DNA of 64,000 nucleotides, taken from Phycisphaerae bacterium. GTDB taxonomy: Bacteria > Planctomycetota > Phycisphaerae > Sedimentisphaerales > Anaerobacaceae. A program made the position numbers and the translations under genes. Every line of letters starts with the position of its first letter. The stretch's first letter is position 1. Under the pieces are notes generated by a model. The model was not told where the DNA came from. It saw nothing but the letters and a program-made list of their open reading frames with translations, and did not search any database. Where the stretch lies: positions 10,156 through 74,155 of the forward strand of contig DAOWCP010000002.1 of assembly GCA_030639495.1 (NCBI GenBank). Reading direction: 5' to 3'. Of the stretch, positions 36,662 through 47,827 are shown one piece after another.

Positions 36662-38389
36662 ATGGCTAAAAAAAGCTCAGCGGTTAAGTTGCCGTCTATC
36701 AGGAAAGCTAATCCCAAAGCTCCTGTTATAGGTGTATTCTCAGCAGGTGATCCTCGTGTTGACAAAGACAGCAGAGGCCGATGTCAAAATATTGTTAAGA
36801 TGGCTGCCGAAGTGATAAGCGGGTCGGTGTTTTTGCCGGACAAGACAGAAGTATCTGTAGTGTATTCGGATATTCTCGTAGATGGTGAACCTCAGGCGGA
36901 TATTGTTGCTGGTCAGTTTAGAAAAGCCGGCGTTGATATACTGGTATGTGTGCCGGATACATGGGCGTTTCCACAGTTGACAACTATTTCACTTTTGCAG
37001 CAGTTCCCCAAAGAGACACCGATAAATATAACCTGCGGCAACAGTGCACCTAAGCCGGGCGTTGTTTATGCGCACGCTTTGAACGGGGCGATAAGTCAGT
37101 ACGGGAAGATGGTGACTTTAAATGTGGGCAACTGGGCCGACAAAGGCGCTAACCCAATGATGAGCGATGCAACTGCAACGGCTCTTATAGATTGGTGTTA
37201 TGCAGCTGTTACTGCTGTTGCTCTTAAAGGCAGAAGGGTAGTGATCTTCGGTCATGATTCGATGGGCATGGAAACCGCTTTGGCTCATATTCTCCCGACG
37301 AGAAATACTTTCGGTTTGGAAATTACCCGTCTCGATATGAAACTTCTCGCTGACATGGTGCAGAAGAAGGCTTATAACGAAAAGGAGCTGAAAGGACTTC
37401 GAAGCTGGATAAATAGATATGTTGGCAAAAGGCTTGAACTTCAAAGCGATGCCGACAGCGAAAGATTCGATATGAGTCTTGGTATGTACCTGATAGTTCG
37501 TGATTTGATGGCGGATTTAAAAGCTGTCGGCGGCGGATTCATGAGCCAGCTCGAATGGGGCAGCGATTTCAGAGGTTTGCCTTTGCCGGTAGCTGATACT
37601 ATGGAGTCTTTGTTCAACAGCACATTTGACCACAATGGCAGGAAGGCCCCAATCCCCTATGCTACCGAAGCAGATGTTCAGGGGCTTTTGACGATGCTTT
37701 TCATGACATATCTTAGCGGCAGTAACCCTCCGTTGTTTATGGATTTCAGAAAAGTATGGGAAAGCTGGGAGTTGAAGCAGCTTGCTGATAAAATAGGTTT
37801 GAAGAAATACAACAAAAAAGCAGACTGGATCACTAAGGGTCTGGTTGACGGAAACAATTCCGGAAGCGCATCATTTGACTGGGCTGCTTTGCCGGGGGCT
37901 TCTATAAAGAAAATTATGGACGGAGTTTCAATGCCGTTGGCGAGTAAAGAATACTTCCCCGGCGGCGGCAACTCGGTGACATTTATGACTCCTGCGGGCA
38001 TTGATGGTATTGCCGGTCGTATGGCATACAGCAGTTTGACGGGATTATTCTCTATGATCTGGGATGAGGCAGTGACAACGGAACTGCCTGAAGCTCTTGG
38101 TAAGGAAGTTTGCAGCCTGTCTGATGCTGGGTGGCCTCACACTTTTGTTTCGCCGAAGTATGCATCAATGACAGAGTATAAACAATATCCGCCAGCAAAC
38201 CATTTGCACATGACATGGGGTTTGCCGGTAGCAAGGCTGCAGCACTGGATGGATCTAATGGGTGTTTTGAGTGTTACACCCTGGGCGGCAAGACCGAAAT
38301 TTATTGAGGGAGTTGACAGGGCGCAGCCTTTGGTTCACCTTATCAATGGCGGAGAAAATATGTACAAGCAGATTATTTCTCGTGGTTAA
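36662..38389 (+). CDS. L-fucose isomerase family protein (FucI-like)
   Basis: Aligns by eye with E. coli FucI: STFDHNGRKAPIPYATEADVQG against [23 protein letters not shown], and FPGGGNSVTF against FRGGGYSSRF. The length of 575 aa also fits. Confidence 0.55.
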   Translation: MAKKSSAVKLPSIRKANPKAPVIGVFSAGDPRVDKDSRGRCQNIVKMAAEVISGSVFLPDKTEVSVVYSDILVDGEPQADIVAGQFRKAGVDILVCVPDTWAFPQLTTISLLQQFPKETPINITCGNSAPKPGVVYAHALNGAISQYGKMVTLNVGNWADKGANPMMSDATATALIDWCYAAVTAVALKGRRVVIFGHDSMGMETALAHILPTRNTFGLEITRLDMKLLADMVQKKAYNEKELKGLRSWINRYVGKRLELQSDADSERFDMSLGMYLIVRDLMADLKAVGGGFMSQLEWGSDFRGLPLPVADTMESLFNSTFDHNGRKAPIPYATEADVQGLLTMLFMTYLSGSNPPLFMDFRKVWESWELKQLADKIGLKKYNKKADWITKGLVDGNNSGSASFDWAALPGASIKKIMDGVSMPLASKEYFPGGGNSVTFMTPAGIDGIAGRMAYSSLTGLFSMIWDEAVTTELPEALGKEVCSLSDAGWPHTFVSPKYASMTEYKQYPPANHLHMTWGLPVARLQHWMDLMGVLSVTPWAARPKFIEGVDRAQPLVHLINGGENMYKQIISRG

Positions 38390-38404
38390 TGAAAGGATTC
38401 CATT

Positions 38405-40393
38405 ATGAAAAGGTTTTTATTCTTTACTACTGTTTTGATTATGATACAAAGCAGCTTCGTTGTCGGGGCAGAGAAGCTTACTTATATTGATCTTATAGGC
38501 AAACTTACGGATCTTGAGTATCTGGCTACATTGCCGCAGCCAGGACAAAAATCTCAGATGGCTTCGAGCTATGACCGCGCGAGTAAGTATGATGCTGTCA
38601 ATGACAAGTATGTGAACTGGACAGCCAATGCTGACGGGTGGAATTTTGTTAGTAAAGACAATGGTGAATTGGTAATGGCTGACATTAAGGGGCCTGGGGT
38701 TATTTGGAGAATATGGTCTGCGCAGGCAAAAGAGGGACACGTCAAATTTTATTTTGATGGCAGTGATATTCCAGCTATTGATATGCCTTGGGAAGATTAT
38801 TTTAACAGAACAGTTCCACCATTTGACAGGAGCGAACTTGTTTACACCAGCGCTAAAGGCTTAAATATTTACCTGCCGATACCGTTCCGGAAATCATGTA
38901 AGATAGTTGCCCAGGGCAACTGGGGATTGTATTATCACATTAACTACACTACATATCCGCAGGAAACGGAGCTGACGACATTTAAAATGTCACTTAGCGA
39001 AGAAGAATCTATAGCTTTAGATAACGCTAATGAAATTCTTGCAGCTGGCGGTCTCGATCCTTCGCCGAAGCGTAAATCTCAAAAGACGATCAAGAAAACA
39101 ATTACAATTGCCCCGGGCCAAACGGAGAGTATATTGGACCTTAAAGGCAAGTACGCAATAACTGCTTTGAAAGTGAAAATTGAAAAGCCTAATAGAGAGA
39201 TTCTTCGCCAGCTGGCGTTGAGCATGTACTGGGATGGCGAAAAAAGCCCTTCGGTATGGTCGCCGATAGGTGATTTTTTCGGCTCAGCTCCGGGAGTTAA
39301 TCTCTACAAATCTTTGCCGCTGGGTATGACAGCTGACGGATTTTACAGCTACTGGTATATGCCTTTTAAAAAGTCAGCACTATTGCAGATAACCAACGAC
39401 GGCAAAGAAAGCAGAAACGTTACTTTTGCTGTGACGTATGCAAAATTGGATAAGCCTATAAACGATCTTGGTAGATTTCATGCTAAATGGCACCGAGACG
39501 CTTTTTTGCCTAAAGAAAAAGAACGTTGGATCGACTGGACGATATTAAAGACCAAAGGCAGAGGAAGATTTTGCGGGACATTGCTCAATGTGTGGAATCC
39601 CAGAGGCTCATGGTGGGGCGAAGGGGATGAGAAATTCTTTGTTGACGATGAGAATTTTCCATCTACATTCGGCACAGGCACTGAAGATTATTTTGGTTAT
39701 GCATGGGGCAACGGCACTTTGTTTGACCAGGCTTATAATAACCAGACTGTCTGCACTTCCAACCGTGGACATATTTCGGTGAGCAGATGGCACATCAGTG
39801 ACAACGTGCCTTTCCAGGGGGCTTTTGAGGGTTATATTGAAAAGTATTACAAAGAAGAATTGTGGGACACTCGTTATGATGCAGTTGCATACTGGTATCT
39901 GGATGAATCTAAAAGTGATGACTATCATATTGTCTCTCTGGATGATCGACTTGGTTACTGGACCGAGCCTAAAGGGATTATTGAAGGCGAAACTCTTAAG
40001 GTTATTTCAAAAACTGTCGGCAGTGTGGGTGAGCAAAAATTAAGCGAAGCCTGGAGTGGCGGGGCACATTTGTTCTGGGCAGGCGTTAAGGTCGGAGCGA
40101 AGCTGGATGTTGCTTTTGACATTAAAAAGAAAGGCAAATATCGTTTGAAAACCCAATTGACCAAAGCCACTAATTATGCGATGGTTCAGTTGTATATTGA
40201 TGGTAAGAAGATTGGCAAGCCTATTGATCTTTATCTTGGATATGTATACCTGACACCAGTTATGATCCTTGGTGAGTTTGATTTTACTGCTGGTGAGCAT
40301 ACCATGACGATTGAGATTGTGGGAGTTAATAAAAAAGCTGGCGAGCATAATGCCGCTGGAATTGATTATCTACAGATCGAAAAGTTGAAATAG
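38405..40393 (+). CDS. secreted DUF2961/GH172-like protein with a C-terminal beta-sandwich (putative carbohydrate-binding) domain
   Basis: Signal peptide. The motif region GDEKFFVDDE...GTGTEDYFGYAWG is reminiscent of DUF2961. Family assignment is tentative. Confidence 0.3.
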   Translation: MKRFLFFTTVLIMIQSSFVVGAEKLTYIDLIGKLTDLEYLATLPQPGQKSQMASSYDRASKYDAVNDKYVNWTANADGWNFVSKDNGELVMADIKGPGVIWRIWSAQAKEGHVKFYFDGSDIPAIDMPWEDYFNRTVPPFDRSELVYTSAKGLNIYLPIPFRKSCKIVAQGNWGLYYHINYTTYPQETELTTFKMSLSEEESIALDNANEILAAGGLDPSPKRKSQKTIKKTITIAPGQTESILDLKGKYAITALKVKIEKPNREILRQLALSMYWDGEKSPSVWSPIGDFFGSAPGVNLYKSLPLGMTADGFYSYWYMPFKKSALLQITNDGKESRNVTFAVTYAKLDKPINDLGRFHAKWHRDAFLPKEKERWIDWTILKTKGRGRFCGTLLNVWNPRGSWWGEGDEKFFVDDENFPSTFGTGTEDYFGYAWGNGTLFDQAYNNQTVCTSNRGHISVSRWHISDNVPFQGAFEGYIEKYYKEELWDTRYDAVAYWYLDESKSDDYHIVSLDDRLGYWTEPKGIIEGETLKVISKTVGSVGEQKLSEAWSGGAHLFWAGVKVGAKLDVAFDIKKKGKYRLKTQLTKATNYAMVQLYIDGKKIGKPIDLYLGYVYLTPVMILGEFDFTAGEHTMTIEIVGVNKKAGEHNAAGIDYLQIEKLK

Positions 40394-40416
40394 TCGAATT
40401 TTTAATAGAGGAAATT

Positions 40417-41736
40417 ATGGAAGAATCATTGTTGAACGCTGAAAATCTGCCAAGCCTGGATATTGAAACTGTGGGTCAGGCAAATATCAAATCCCCACTT
40501 GAAGATGTCCGCTTTGTTGATGACAGCGAAAAAGTGGTTCTCTATTCTCATTATGACCATTTAAAAAAGTTTATCGAAAAAGACCAGGAGCTGCCGGCCT
40601 TTGAAAGGGCGGGGCCTCGCAGGAATCTTTATTTTGAGCCTTCAAAATTAAATTGCGGCATAGTAACTTGCGGCGGTTTGTGTCCGGGGCTCAATGATGT
40701 AATCCGAACAGTTGTGCTTTCTCTTATATGGGAATATGGTGTAAGGAAAGTTTATGGCTTCAGGTATGGTTATAACGGCCTGACGAATAATCCATATTGT
40801 GAGCCTCTTATTTTAACTCCTGAGCTTGTAGAAGATATTCATCTCAGAGGAGGTGACATACTATCCTCTTCCAGAGGGCCTCAGAATGTTGAAGAGATGG
40901 TTGATAATCTTGTCAAAAGGGATATTGGTCTTTTGTTTGTTATCGGCGGTGATGGAACATTGCATGGTGCTGCGGAAATGGCACAGGCAATAAAAAGAAG
41001 AAATCTGAAAATATCCATCGTCGGTATTCCCAAAACTATAGATAATGATATTTACGGCGTAGAGAGGACTTTTGGTTTTTCGACAGCAGTTGAAGCAGCA
41101 AGAACCGCGATAAATGTTGCCCATGAAGAAGCCAAAGGTGCGTGGGATGGCGTAGGACTGGTAAAACTGATGGGTAGAGATTCAGGTTTTATCTCCGCAT
41201 ATGCTACTCTTGCAAACAGTGACGTTAATTTCTGTTTCATTCCTGAAGTTCCTCTGGTTCTTGATGGTGAACATGGTTTTTTAAAATCTTTGGAGAAAAG
41301 ACTCGATCGCAAGCACCACGCTCTGATCGTTGTCGCGGAAGGTGTGGGGCAATCTCTTGCAAATCAGAAAGATATGTCTGGTAATGTGAAAAGGCAGGAT
41401 ATCGGCATTTTGCTGAAAACAAAAATAGTGGATTATTTCAAAAATATCGATAAGCCTTTGGTGCTGAAGTACATTGACCCCAGTTATACCATCCGCGGCT
41501 GTCCAGCTAATAGTTTTGATTCAGCTTTTTGTCTGATGCTTGGTCAAAACGCAGTTCATGCAGGGATGGCGGGCAAGACTAACATGATAGCAGGCTTTTG
41601 GAACCGTTACTTTACACATGTCCCCATATCCCTTGCGGTTATGGAAAGAAAAAAAGTCAATCTGCAAGGCGATCTGTGGCAGACTGTTATTCAGACTACA
41701 GGCCAGGCAAAGAAAAAACCAGTCAGGCCTTTCTAA
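40417..41736 (+). CDS. pfk: 6-phosphofructokinase (ATP- or PPi-dependent)
   Basis: GIVTCGGLCPGLNDVIR and GGDGTLHGA motifs; PKTIDND region. Confidence 0.9.
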   Translation: MEESLLNAENLPSLDIETVGQANIKSPLEDVRFVDDSEKVVLYSHYDHLKKFIEKDQELPAFERAGPRRNLYFEPSKLNCGIVTCGGLCPGLNDVIRTVVLSLIWEYGVRKVYGFRYGYNGLTNNPYCEPLILTPELVEDIHLRGGDILSSSRGPQNVEEMVDNLVKRDIGLLFVIGGDGTLHGAAEMAQAIKRRNLKISIVGIPKTIDNDIYGVERTFGFSTAVEAARTAINVAHEEAKGAWDGVGLVKLMGRDSGFISAYATLANSDVNFCFIPEVPLVLDGEHGFLKSLEKRLDRKHHALIVVAEGVGQSLANQKDMSGNVKRQDIGILLKTKIVDYFKNIDKPLVLKYIDPSYTIRGCPANSFDSAFCLMLGQNAVHAGMAGKTNMIAGFWNRYFTHVPISLAVMERKKVNLQGDLWQTVIQTTGQAKKKPVRPF

Positions 41737-41794
41737 GCTGACTTTATTAATCTGGTCAGGTTGTGTACTATCTATTAAGGCAATGGTGCAATTT

Positions 41795-42823
41795 TTATTT
41801 AGATGCGCTGTAAGCGAAGAGCATAATCGCTATTACAAGAATTCCCAACCCACAGCCCATTAATTTTCTGGTTATAGTCGAAGTATTTTTCCATTCACCC
41901 TGTATAATGCCCCATGTCCCCGCAACAGCGATCGACATCGCGATGAAAACTGACCAGCCTATAACCGAACCCCAGTTGCCCATTATGGAAGCACCCACGC
42001 CATAAAGAACAAAACTGCTGATCCATAACAATGATGTTATCGCCATCAAAAACAGATTTTTAAGAAATCCCGCGTTTTTATAGTCTTTGAACGAATCATT
42101 CTTTTTAAACAGATAGCTGCAATACACAAGATTAGCAATTGCGCCGGATGTAAACATGATAGTCCAGACGCTGTTAGCTGCCCATTTTGGGTTAGTCTGA
42201 AATTCCTCTGCCAGCTTTATCAAAGACTCGCTCAATGCAAAACCGACATTAGGGAAACACGAAAAAACTCCACCGATTATACAGATAATAATACCAAGCT
42301 TCATCGATGCTTTTGATAGTTCAGTTATCCTGCCGGTTTTTTCGCCTTGTTCTTTTTCTTTTCTTATTCCCGCTTTGCCGAAAACCGCGATCCCTGCTAC
42401 CATCACGACCACACCGATAATAATAATTATTCCTTTAGTCGTAAAAATATCACCCGGATGCAAAATGACCATTGGAATGAAAGCACCCAGGCTTAAAACC
42501 AAAGCCATGATAATGGCGTATCCCAATGCAAGCCCAACAGCTGCGATTCCAAGTCCGAAACCGATCGCACCAATGCCCCAGCAAAATCCAAAAAAAGCTG
42601 GTATTATAAAATCCATCGTTGTTGCTTTGGCATAAATATCTGTCAGCTGCGGTATCGTGGAAAAACCAAGTATCCAGTTAAAAACGATCATTCCGAGAAT
42701 GGAGAACACCATCCATGAGTTTTCCCATTTCCAGTTTTTAACATAAGTCATAGGAACCATAAAGCAACCCTGTACTATAGCGGCCAATACGACCACTGCC
42801 AGACCTAACACTAATTCCGCCAT
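41795..42823 (-). CDS. L-rhamnose/L-fucose:H+ symporter of the RhaT family (10 TM)
   Basis: 342 aa multi-TM protein. The N-terminus VPMTYVKNWKWENSWMV parallels E. coli RhaT APFKKVKKWSWETMWSV. Confidence 0.65.
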   Translation of the reverse strand: MAELVLGLAVVVLAAIVQGCFMVPMTYVKNWKWENSWMVFSILGMIVFNWILGFSTIPQLTDIYAKATTMDFIIPAFFGFCWGIGAIGFGLGIAAVGLALGYAIIMALVLSLGAFIPMVILHPGDIFTTKGIIIIIGVVVMVAGIAVFGKAGIRKEKEQGEKTGRITELSKASMKLGIIICIIGGVFSCFPNVGFALSESLIKLAEEFQTNPKWAANSVWTIMFTSGAIANLVYCSYLFKKNDSFKDYKNAGFLKNLFLMAITSLLWISSFVLYGVGASIMGNWGSVIGWSVFIAMSIAVAGTWGIIQGEWKNTSTITRKLMGCGLGILVIAIMLFAYSASK

Positions 42824-42853
42824 TTTATATTCCTTAAAAAAATTCAGAATTTT

Positions 42854-45532
42854 CTATTCAGCGTCGACCACGCATCTGAATCCGATAGTAGATGCTCTTT
42901 CTATTCCCGGATACAATCTTATTAACTTAAAGTGATGAGTGTTAGGTCTGGGGCCGCCGTCAAAGTAGTACCGTTGACCTTTGTCATTTCCGGTTCCATC
43001 GAAGAAACTTCCACCTCTTATCATAAAGAATCGTGTATGCCCATCATCTCTACAGCTTTCAGTTATCTCATAAACATTACCGCACATATTGTAGCAGCCA
43101 TAAGGGCTTCTGCCCTGCGGGTAAGATTTTACCGGCTCAGCATGGTCATTCGTTGTATTACATTTGTTTTTGTCAAACTCATCGCCCCAAGGCCACTTCC
43201 GACCATCTGTTCCCTGTACTGCCAGGTGCCATTGCGGTTCGGTCGGTAATCTCTTACCAGCCCACTTAGCATACGCTCTGGCGTCATCAATATCAACATA
43301 AACTACCGGATAATCTGCCAACTCCGCAGGCATTTTTCCATTGCACCAGTGCTTGAGGAAATTATCCTTACACTCAGGCTCATACCCCGCAGCATCTAAG
43401 AACTCTTTAAATTGTGCGTTGGTAACTTCTGTTTCATCAATGAAAAATCCCTCTACATCTACCGTATAATCGTGTTTCCTTGGAGCCCCCCATTGCCATC
43501 TGCCCCGGATAAAATCATCGATTCTTTCTGCCGGCGTTCCCGGGTCAGGATAACAACCATGCTCATTGGAAATATGCTCAAGTTTTAATCTTACTTTATT
43601 AGCAGGCACGAAGACCATTCCATCTATTTTTGAATCTTTGCTTACTTTTTTAGTAGGCTTAACCGTCTCAGGTATCATCAAAGATTTAGCAAAGTTGCGT
43701 TTGTCTTTGCCGAGTTTTTGTTTGGCAAGTTTGCGTTGTTTTTTTACAAGTTTTTCAAGCTTATCATTTTTCTCAGCAGCAACTCCAATACAGCCCACGC
43801 CATCAACTGAACCTATAAGACATATTTTTGAATCGGATATTTTTTCAACTTTTAATTTCTCACCTGTCCACAGGTTATAGTAATAATTCTTAGTTTTAGA
43901 AGGTTCCGATTCAATTTCGATTAGCTTGCCGTCTTTTATAGCCTGCCCCATATTGCGCAGCGTAAACACGGTGACATCATCGCCTCCCCAGCGGTTTGCA
44001 TAAAGCTTCTCATTCAACGTAGGATAGTAAGGCTGCCATTTCTTTCCGCTGAAGTTTTCTGAAAAAGTCCTGAGGATATTTGTTGCCGTTTTCCACATCT
44101 TACGGTCCTTGGCGTTCCACGGATTATAGGTACCGAAAATATTTTCCCATATCAACATTCCGCTGCCATTAAAAAATGTTATCTTAATATCTTCCTCATG
44201 ATCTCTGTCCCATCTATTTATCCTGTGCGCCATATGTCGGTGCTCGATCCATTTCAATTTGTAAATTCCCGGAGGTGTCGGATCTGGTGTTCCCTGGTTC
44301 CATGATGCGCTGCATATCGGAAGCTGGCTTACGGGCGGCGATGACTCAGGCTCGAAACAAACACCTCTTTTAGCGGCATCAATAGTATTCCTCAATACAG
44401 GCGAACCTGCTACCATGGTATCAAGAAATATACCATCGGCATCTATTGCCAATACCAACTCTGCTAAAGCTTCCTCATCGCTTTTGCCTTCTCTTCTGGT
44501 TAATGTGTCCCATGGATTAAAATCAATGAAAACTTTCACACCTTTTTTCTGGAACTTGTGAACAACCTCTCTTAGGCCCTTTAGACCGCCTGGCATAAGA
44601 CGATACATATCGAACTGATTACGTTTATCAATACCAAGTATCGGATATCCCTGCCAAAACACAACAGAATCATATCCGCCGAATTCCTTTTTGCCGTCCT
44701 TTAAAAATGAATCGATAAGATAGCCTTTTTCAGGGTCATAAAAACTGCTGTCATACATGAATGTAAAATGACACGAAAAGTTTTTCGTTACCCATTCAAG
44801 TTCAGGCCTATCATAAATACTAAGATCCAGCTTTGTACTGTAATTTGGATTACTCTTAATCAGTTTTGTTACAGCACCATTTCTTTTCTTATCGTTTACA
44901 GAGATATCAATTTTTCTGATATCAATTTTTCCTGCCGTTTTATCGTATGTTGCATCCATCCCAAAAATTGGAATGACCCACTGTGTTTCACAGTCAAACT
45001 CAGGCACAACTACCTTTGTCACGTATGTGCTGAATTTCCTATCCTTTTTAATAGCAATATGCTTTACTACAGATGACCAGCCTTTCTTGGAATTGTCAAC
45101 TTTATCATGAACATCAAAAGCAATACAAAAGTTGTTATTTCCCTCAACCCAGCGGGCATCTATAGTAACAACAATTTCTTCTCTCCTTTTAAGACCAAGT
45201 GTTTTTGCGATTATCTGGTCGGTTCTTATCCACGCTCTTGGTGGCTTATAATCGATAATTATTTTCTGAAAATTTTTGCCGTTTATAACATCTTGCCTGT
45301 ACTTGTGAAGGTTTTTCAACCACAACTCATAATCAATATCTTTGCTCGGCGGGGCAATAAATCGCCCGTATTTCTTACCAAGCTCGACCCCTTCAACCTT
45401 GAGCTTATCCCACTTACAACTTTTATCACCCTGATAGCTGTTCAAAGGGATTCCCGCTTCTAAAATAGTAAAAGTCATTAATGTTGCAAAAAAGATTTGT
45501 AATAATAACCCAAGCCGGCTTTTTGACCTCAT
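42854..45532 (-). CDS. large secreted protein (892 aa) with a C-terminal formylglycine-generating-enzyme (FGE/SUMF1) domain and an N-terminal uncharacterised, possibly glycoside-hydrolase-like, region
   Basis: Signal peptide. The C-terminal ~300 aa carry FGE hallmarks (YPVVYVDIDDARAYAKWAGKRLPTEPQW...GCYNMCGNVYEITE...RGGSF). It is adjacent to a Cys-type sulfatase. Confidence 0.7.
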   Translation of the reverse strand: MRSKSRLGLLLQIFFATLMTFTILEAGIPLNSYQGDKSCKWDKLKVEGVELGKKYGRFIAPPSKDIDYELWLKNLHKYRQDVINGKNFQKIIIDYKPPRAWIRTDQIIAKTLGLKRREEIVVTIDARWVEGNNNFCIAFDVHDKVDNSKKGWSSVVKHIAIKKDRKFSTYVTKVVVPEFDCETQWVIPIFGMDATYDKTAGKIDIRKIDISVNDKKRNGAVTKLIKSNPNYSTKLDLSIYDRPELEWVTKNFSCHFTFMYDSSFYDPEKGYLIDSFLKDGKKEFGGYDSVVFWQGYPILGIDKRNQFDMYRLMPGGLKGLREVVHKFQKKGVKVFIDFNPWDTLTRREGKSDEEALAELVLAIDADGIFLDTMVAGSPVLRNTIDAAKRGVCFEPESSPPVSQLPICSASWNQGTPDPTPPGIYKLKWIEHRHMAHRINRWDRDHEEDIKITFFNGSGMLIWENIFGTYNPWNAKDRKMWKTATNILRTFSENFSGKKWQPYYPTLNEKLYANRWGGDDVTVFTLRNMGQAIKDGKLIEIESEPSKTKNYYYNLWTGEKLKVEKISDSKICLIGSVDGVGCIGVAAEKNDKLEKLVKKQRKLAKQKLGKDKRNFAKSLMIPETVKPTKKVSKDSKIDGMVFVPANKVRLKLEHISNEHGCYPDPGTPAERIDDFIRGRWQWGAPRKHDYTVDVEGFFIDETEVTNAQFKEFLDAAGYEPECKDNFLKHWCNGKMPAELADYPVVYVDIDDARAYAKWAGKRLPTEPQWHLAVQGTDGRKWPWGDEFDKNKCNTTNDHAEPVKSYPQGRSPYGCYNMCGNVYEITESCRDDGHTRFFMIRGGSFFDGTGNDKGQRYYFDGGPRPNTHHFKLIRLYPGIERASTIGFRCVVDAE

Positions 45533-45738
45533 ATTAAATTCTCCATATTAAAAATTAAGCAAATAGCATTCTTAAAAGATTATTATTCAAAACGATTATA
45601 TTTTCGTTTCTCCTTGATCCTGGCGGTAAGATTGCAAAACATAAAGTTATCAGAAACAGCGAGACAAACACTGCATCAGACCATTGGTCTGTAGTTGTTG
45701 AAATTAAACAATAAGATTTTTAATCAGCTTTTAACCTT

Positions 45739-47826
45739 TTAACAGCCTTCGTATGATTTTTCAATATCACAATTGCTTAAATTGCCCCGATGCAGTCTTA
45801 CAGATTCGATCAATCCTTTGAAGCCTTTGCTGGATATCTTTTTATAAACGGGGTTGTTTGTGTCGCGGCCTACCTGGAAGCCTTCATGGGCGTCCCATCT
45901 CATCATGTTAAGCAGTTCTGTTGTTGCAGCTTCTTTGCCGTTGACATATATCGTTACGGTATTTCTGGTAGCAACGCCAACAATGTGTGTCCATTTGCCG
46001 ATGCATTTTTCTGTTGCTTTGGCGGTAAAGTTCATTGAGTAATTTCTAACCGTAAAGCAAGGCCTACCATCTTCGATAAACAGCATGTATCCGAGTTTTT
46101 CGCCGCCTTGAGCTGCTATCACACCATCGGCATCTGGTTTAATCGATGCCTGCGCCGACCAGGTTTGCATTGAAGGGTCGAGGCTTGGAGAGTTTTTTAC
46201 ATCGACATATTCCTTGCCCGTAAATTTAAGGGCTTTAGACTTTTTACCATCAACCACTAAAGCGTTATTGATGATCTTACCGTTATTACCATTGCCTGAA
46301 TTGTCTTTAACGATGTTGTCTTTAATGTCATCGAAATTAAAATCGAGCATTGTCCCTTCAGGTTTTAATTTGGTAGCAACCGCGGTATCGTCTTTATATT
46401 TTTTCTGCAGTTTTTTGATCTTAGCTTTTAGTTTTTTAACAATTTTCGCATATTTAGGGTTGTCATAGACGTTATTCAATTCGTTTGGATCTTTCTGTAG
46501 ATCGAAAAGCTCCCACGCGTCGATGTCATCATAAAAATGGATCAGCTTATATCTACTTGTCCGAACTCCGTAATGCTTTTTCACTACATGGTGCCCTGGG
46601 TACATATAGTAATGATAATAAAATGCATCTCTCCAGCCCCAAGGTCGTTGACCATTTAGTAATGGTCTAAGTGATTCACCCTGCATGTCATCGGGGATTT
46701 TCACTCCTGCAAAATCAAGGAAAGTCTCCGCGAAATCGACATTGGAAACTATATCATCATTAGTAGTTCCAGCTTTAACCCCTTTCGGATACCGCACGAC
46801 CAAAGGCATCCGAAGCGATTCTTCGTACATAAATCTTTTATCATACCAGCCGTGGTCGCCGAGGAAAAATCCCTGGTCGGAGGTATAAACAACGATGGTA
46901 TTATCCTCCAGGCCTTCGGCTTTAAGAAGCTCCATCATCCTGCCGATGTTGTCATCTACAGACGCGATACACCTGAGGTAGTCTTTAATATATCTTTGAT
47001 ACTTCCATTTTTTTAGTTCATGGCCTTTGAGATCAGCTGGTGGGTCAAATTTAAGATCCTGTTTGTTGAAATGTTTTTCAACTGTCATTTCCTGCTGTCT
47101 GGCAGCATCGCTTCTGGTTGCATAATCATCATCAAAAGTTTCAGGCAATGGTATGTCAATGTCTTCATACATCTTTGCATGCTTTTCGTCAGGTTCCCAT
47201 GATCTATGAGGCGCTTTATGATGATACATCAAGCAGAAAGGCCTATTCTTATCTCTGTTTTTCACCCACTCAATGCAATCATCAGTTATGATGTCAGTTA
47301 CATAGCCCTTTTCCTGAACATACTTGCCGTCCTCTTTAAATTTTGGATCAAAATATGTCCCCTGACCGCCGTAGGCAGACAAAACCTTCCAGTGGTCGAA
47401 TCCCTGTGGGTCACTCGCCAGGTGCCATTTGCCTATCATCGCAGTCTGATAGCCAGCTTGGCCGAGAAGCTTGGGAAAACTCTGCTGGCCACTGTCAAAC
47501 TTGTCACCATTTTTCATAAAACCATTCTTATGGCTATATTTGCCCGTCAGGATTACCGCTCTGCTGGGCCCGCATATCGAATTCGTGCAGAAGCAGTTAT
47601 TGAATCTCATCCCCTGCTCAGCAATTCGATCAATATTAGGCGTCTTATTAATTCGACTCCCATAACAGCTTATAGCATGCGCCGCATGGTCATCGGACAT
47701 TATGAATAATATGTTTGGTCTGTTTTTGTCTTCTGCAATCGCCGGCAGTGTTAAAGAAAGTGCTGTCCCTAAAGCAACTGTTCTGCTGGCTGATCTTAAA
47801 AATTCCCTTCTGCTTATCGATTTCAT
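45739..47826 (-). CDS. arylsulfatase-family sulfatase with a TAT signal and a C-terminal LamG/concanavalin-like domain
   Basis: Twin-arginine signal [11 protein letters not shown]. Sulfatase signature [18 protein letters not shown] (C-x-P-x-R). Metal-binding DDHA region. 695 aa. Confidence 0.9.
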   Translation of the reverse strand: MKSISRREFLRSASRTVALGTALSLTLPAIAEDKNRPNILFIMSDDHAAHAISCYGSRINKTPNIDRIAEQGMRFNNCFCTNSICGPSRAVILTGKYSHKNGFMKNGDKFDSGQQSFPKLLGQAGYQTAMIGKWHLASDPQGFDHWKVLSAYGGQGTYFDPKFKEDGKYVQEKGYVTDIITDDCIEWVKNRDKNRPFCLMYHHKAPHRSWEPDEKHAKMYEDIDIPLPETFDDDYATRSDAARQQEMTVEKHFNKQDLKFDPPADLKGHELKKWKYQRYIKDYLRCIASVDDNIGRMMELLKAEGLEDNTIVVYTSDQGFFLGDHGWYDKRFMYEESLRMPLVVRYPKGVKAGTTNDDIVSNVDFAETFLDFAGVKIPDDMQGESLRPLLNGQRPWGWRDAFYYHYYMYPGHHVVKKHYGVRTSRYKLIHFYDDIDAWELFDLQKDPNELNNVYDNPKYAKIVKKLKAKIKKLQKKYKDDTAVATKLKPEGTMLDFNFDDIKDNIVKDNSGNGNNGKIINNALVVDGKKSKALKFTGKEYVDVKNSPSLDPSMQTWSAQASIKPDADGVIAAQGGEKLGYMLFIEDGRPCFTVRNYSMNFTAKATEKCIGKWTHIVGVATRNTVTIYVNGKEAATTELLNMMRWDAHEGFQVGRDTNNPVYKKISSKGFKGLIESVRLHRGNLSNCDIEKSYEGC

Positions 47827-47827
47827 T

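Noticed and set aside
47206-47709. 167-aa plus-strand ORF antisense to the sulfatase gene
   Set aside because: It lies inside the sulfatase CDS, which has TAT signal and C-x-P-x-R site and is unambiguous. No independent signals.
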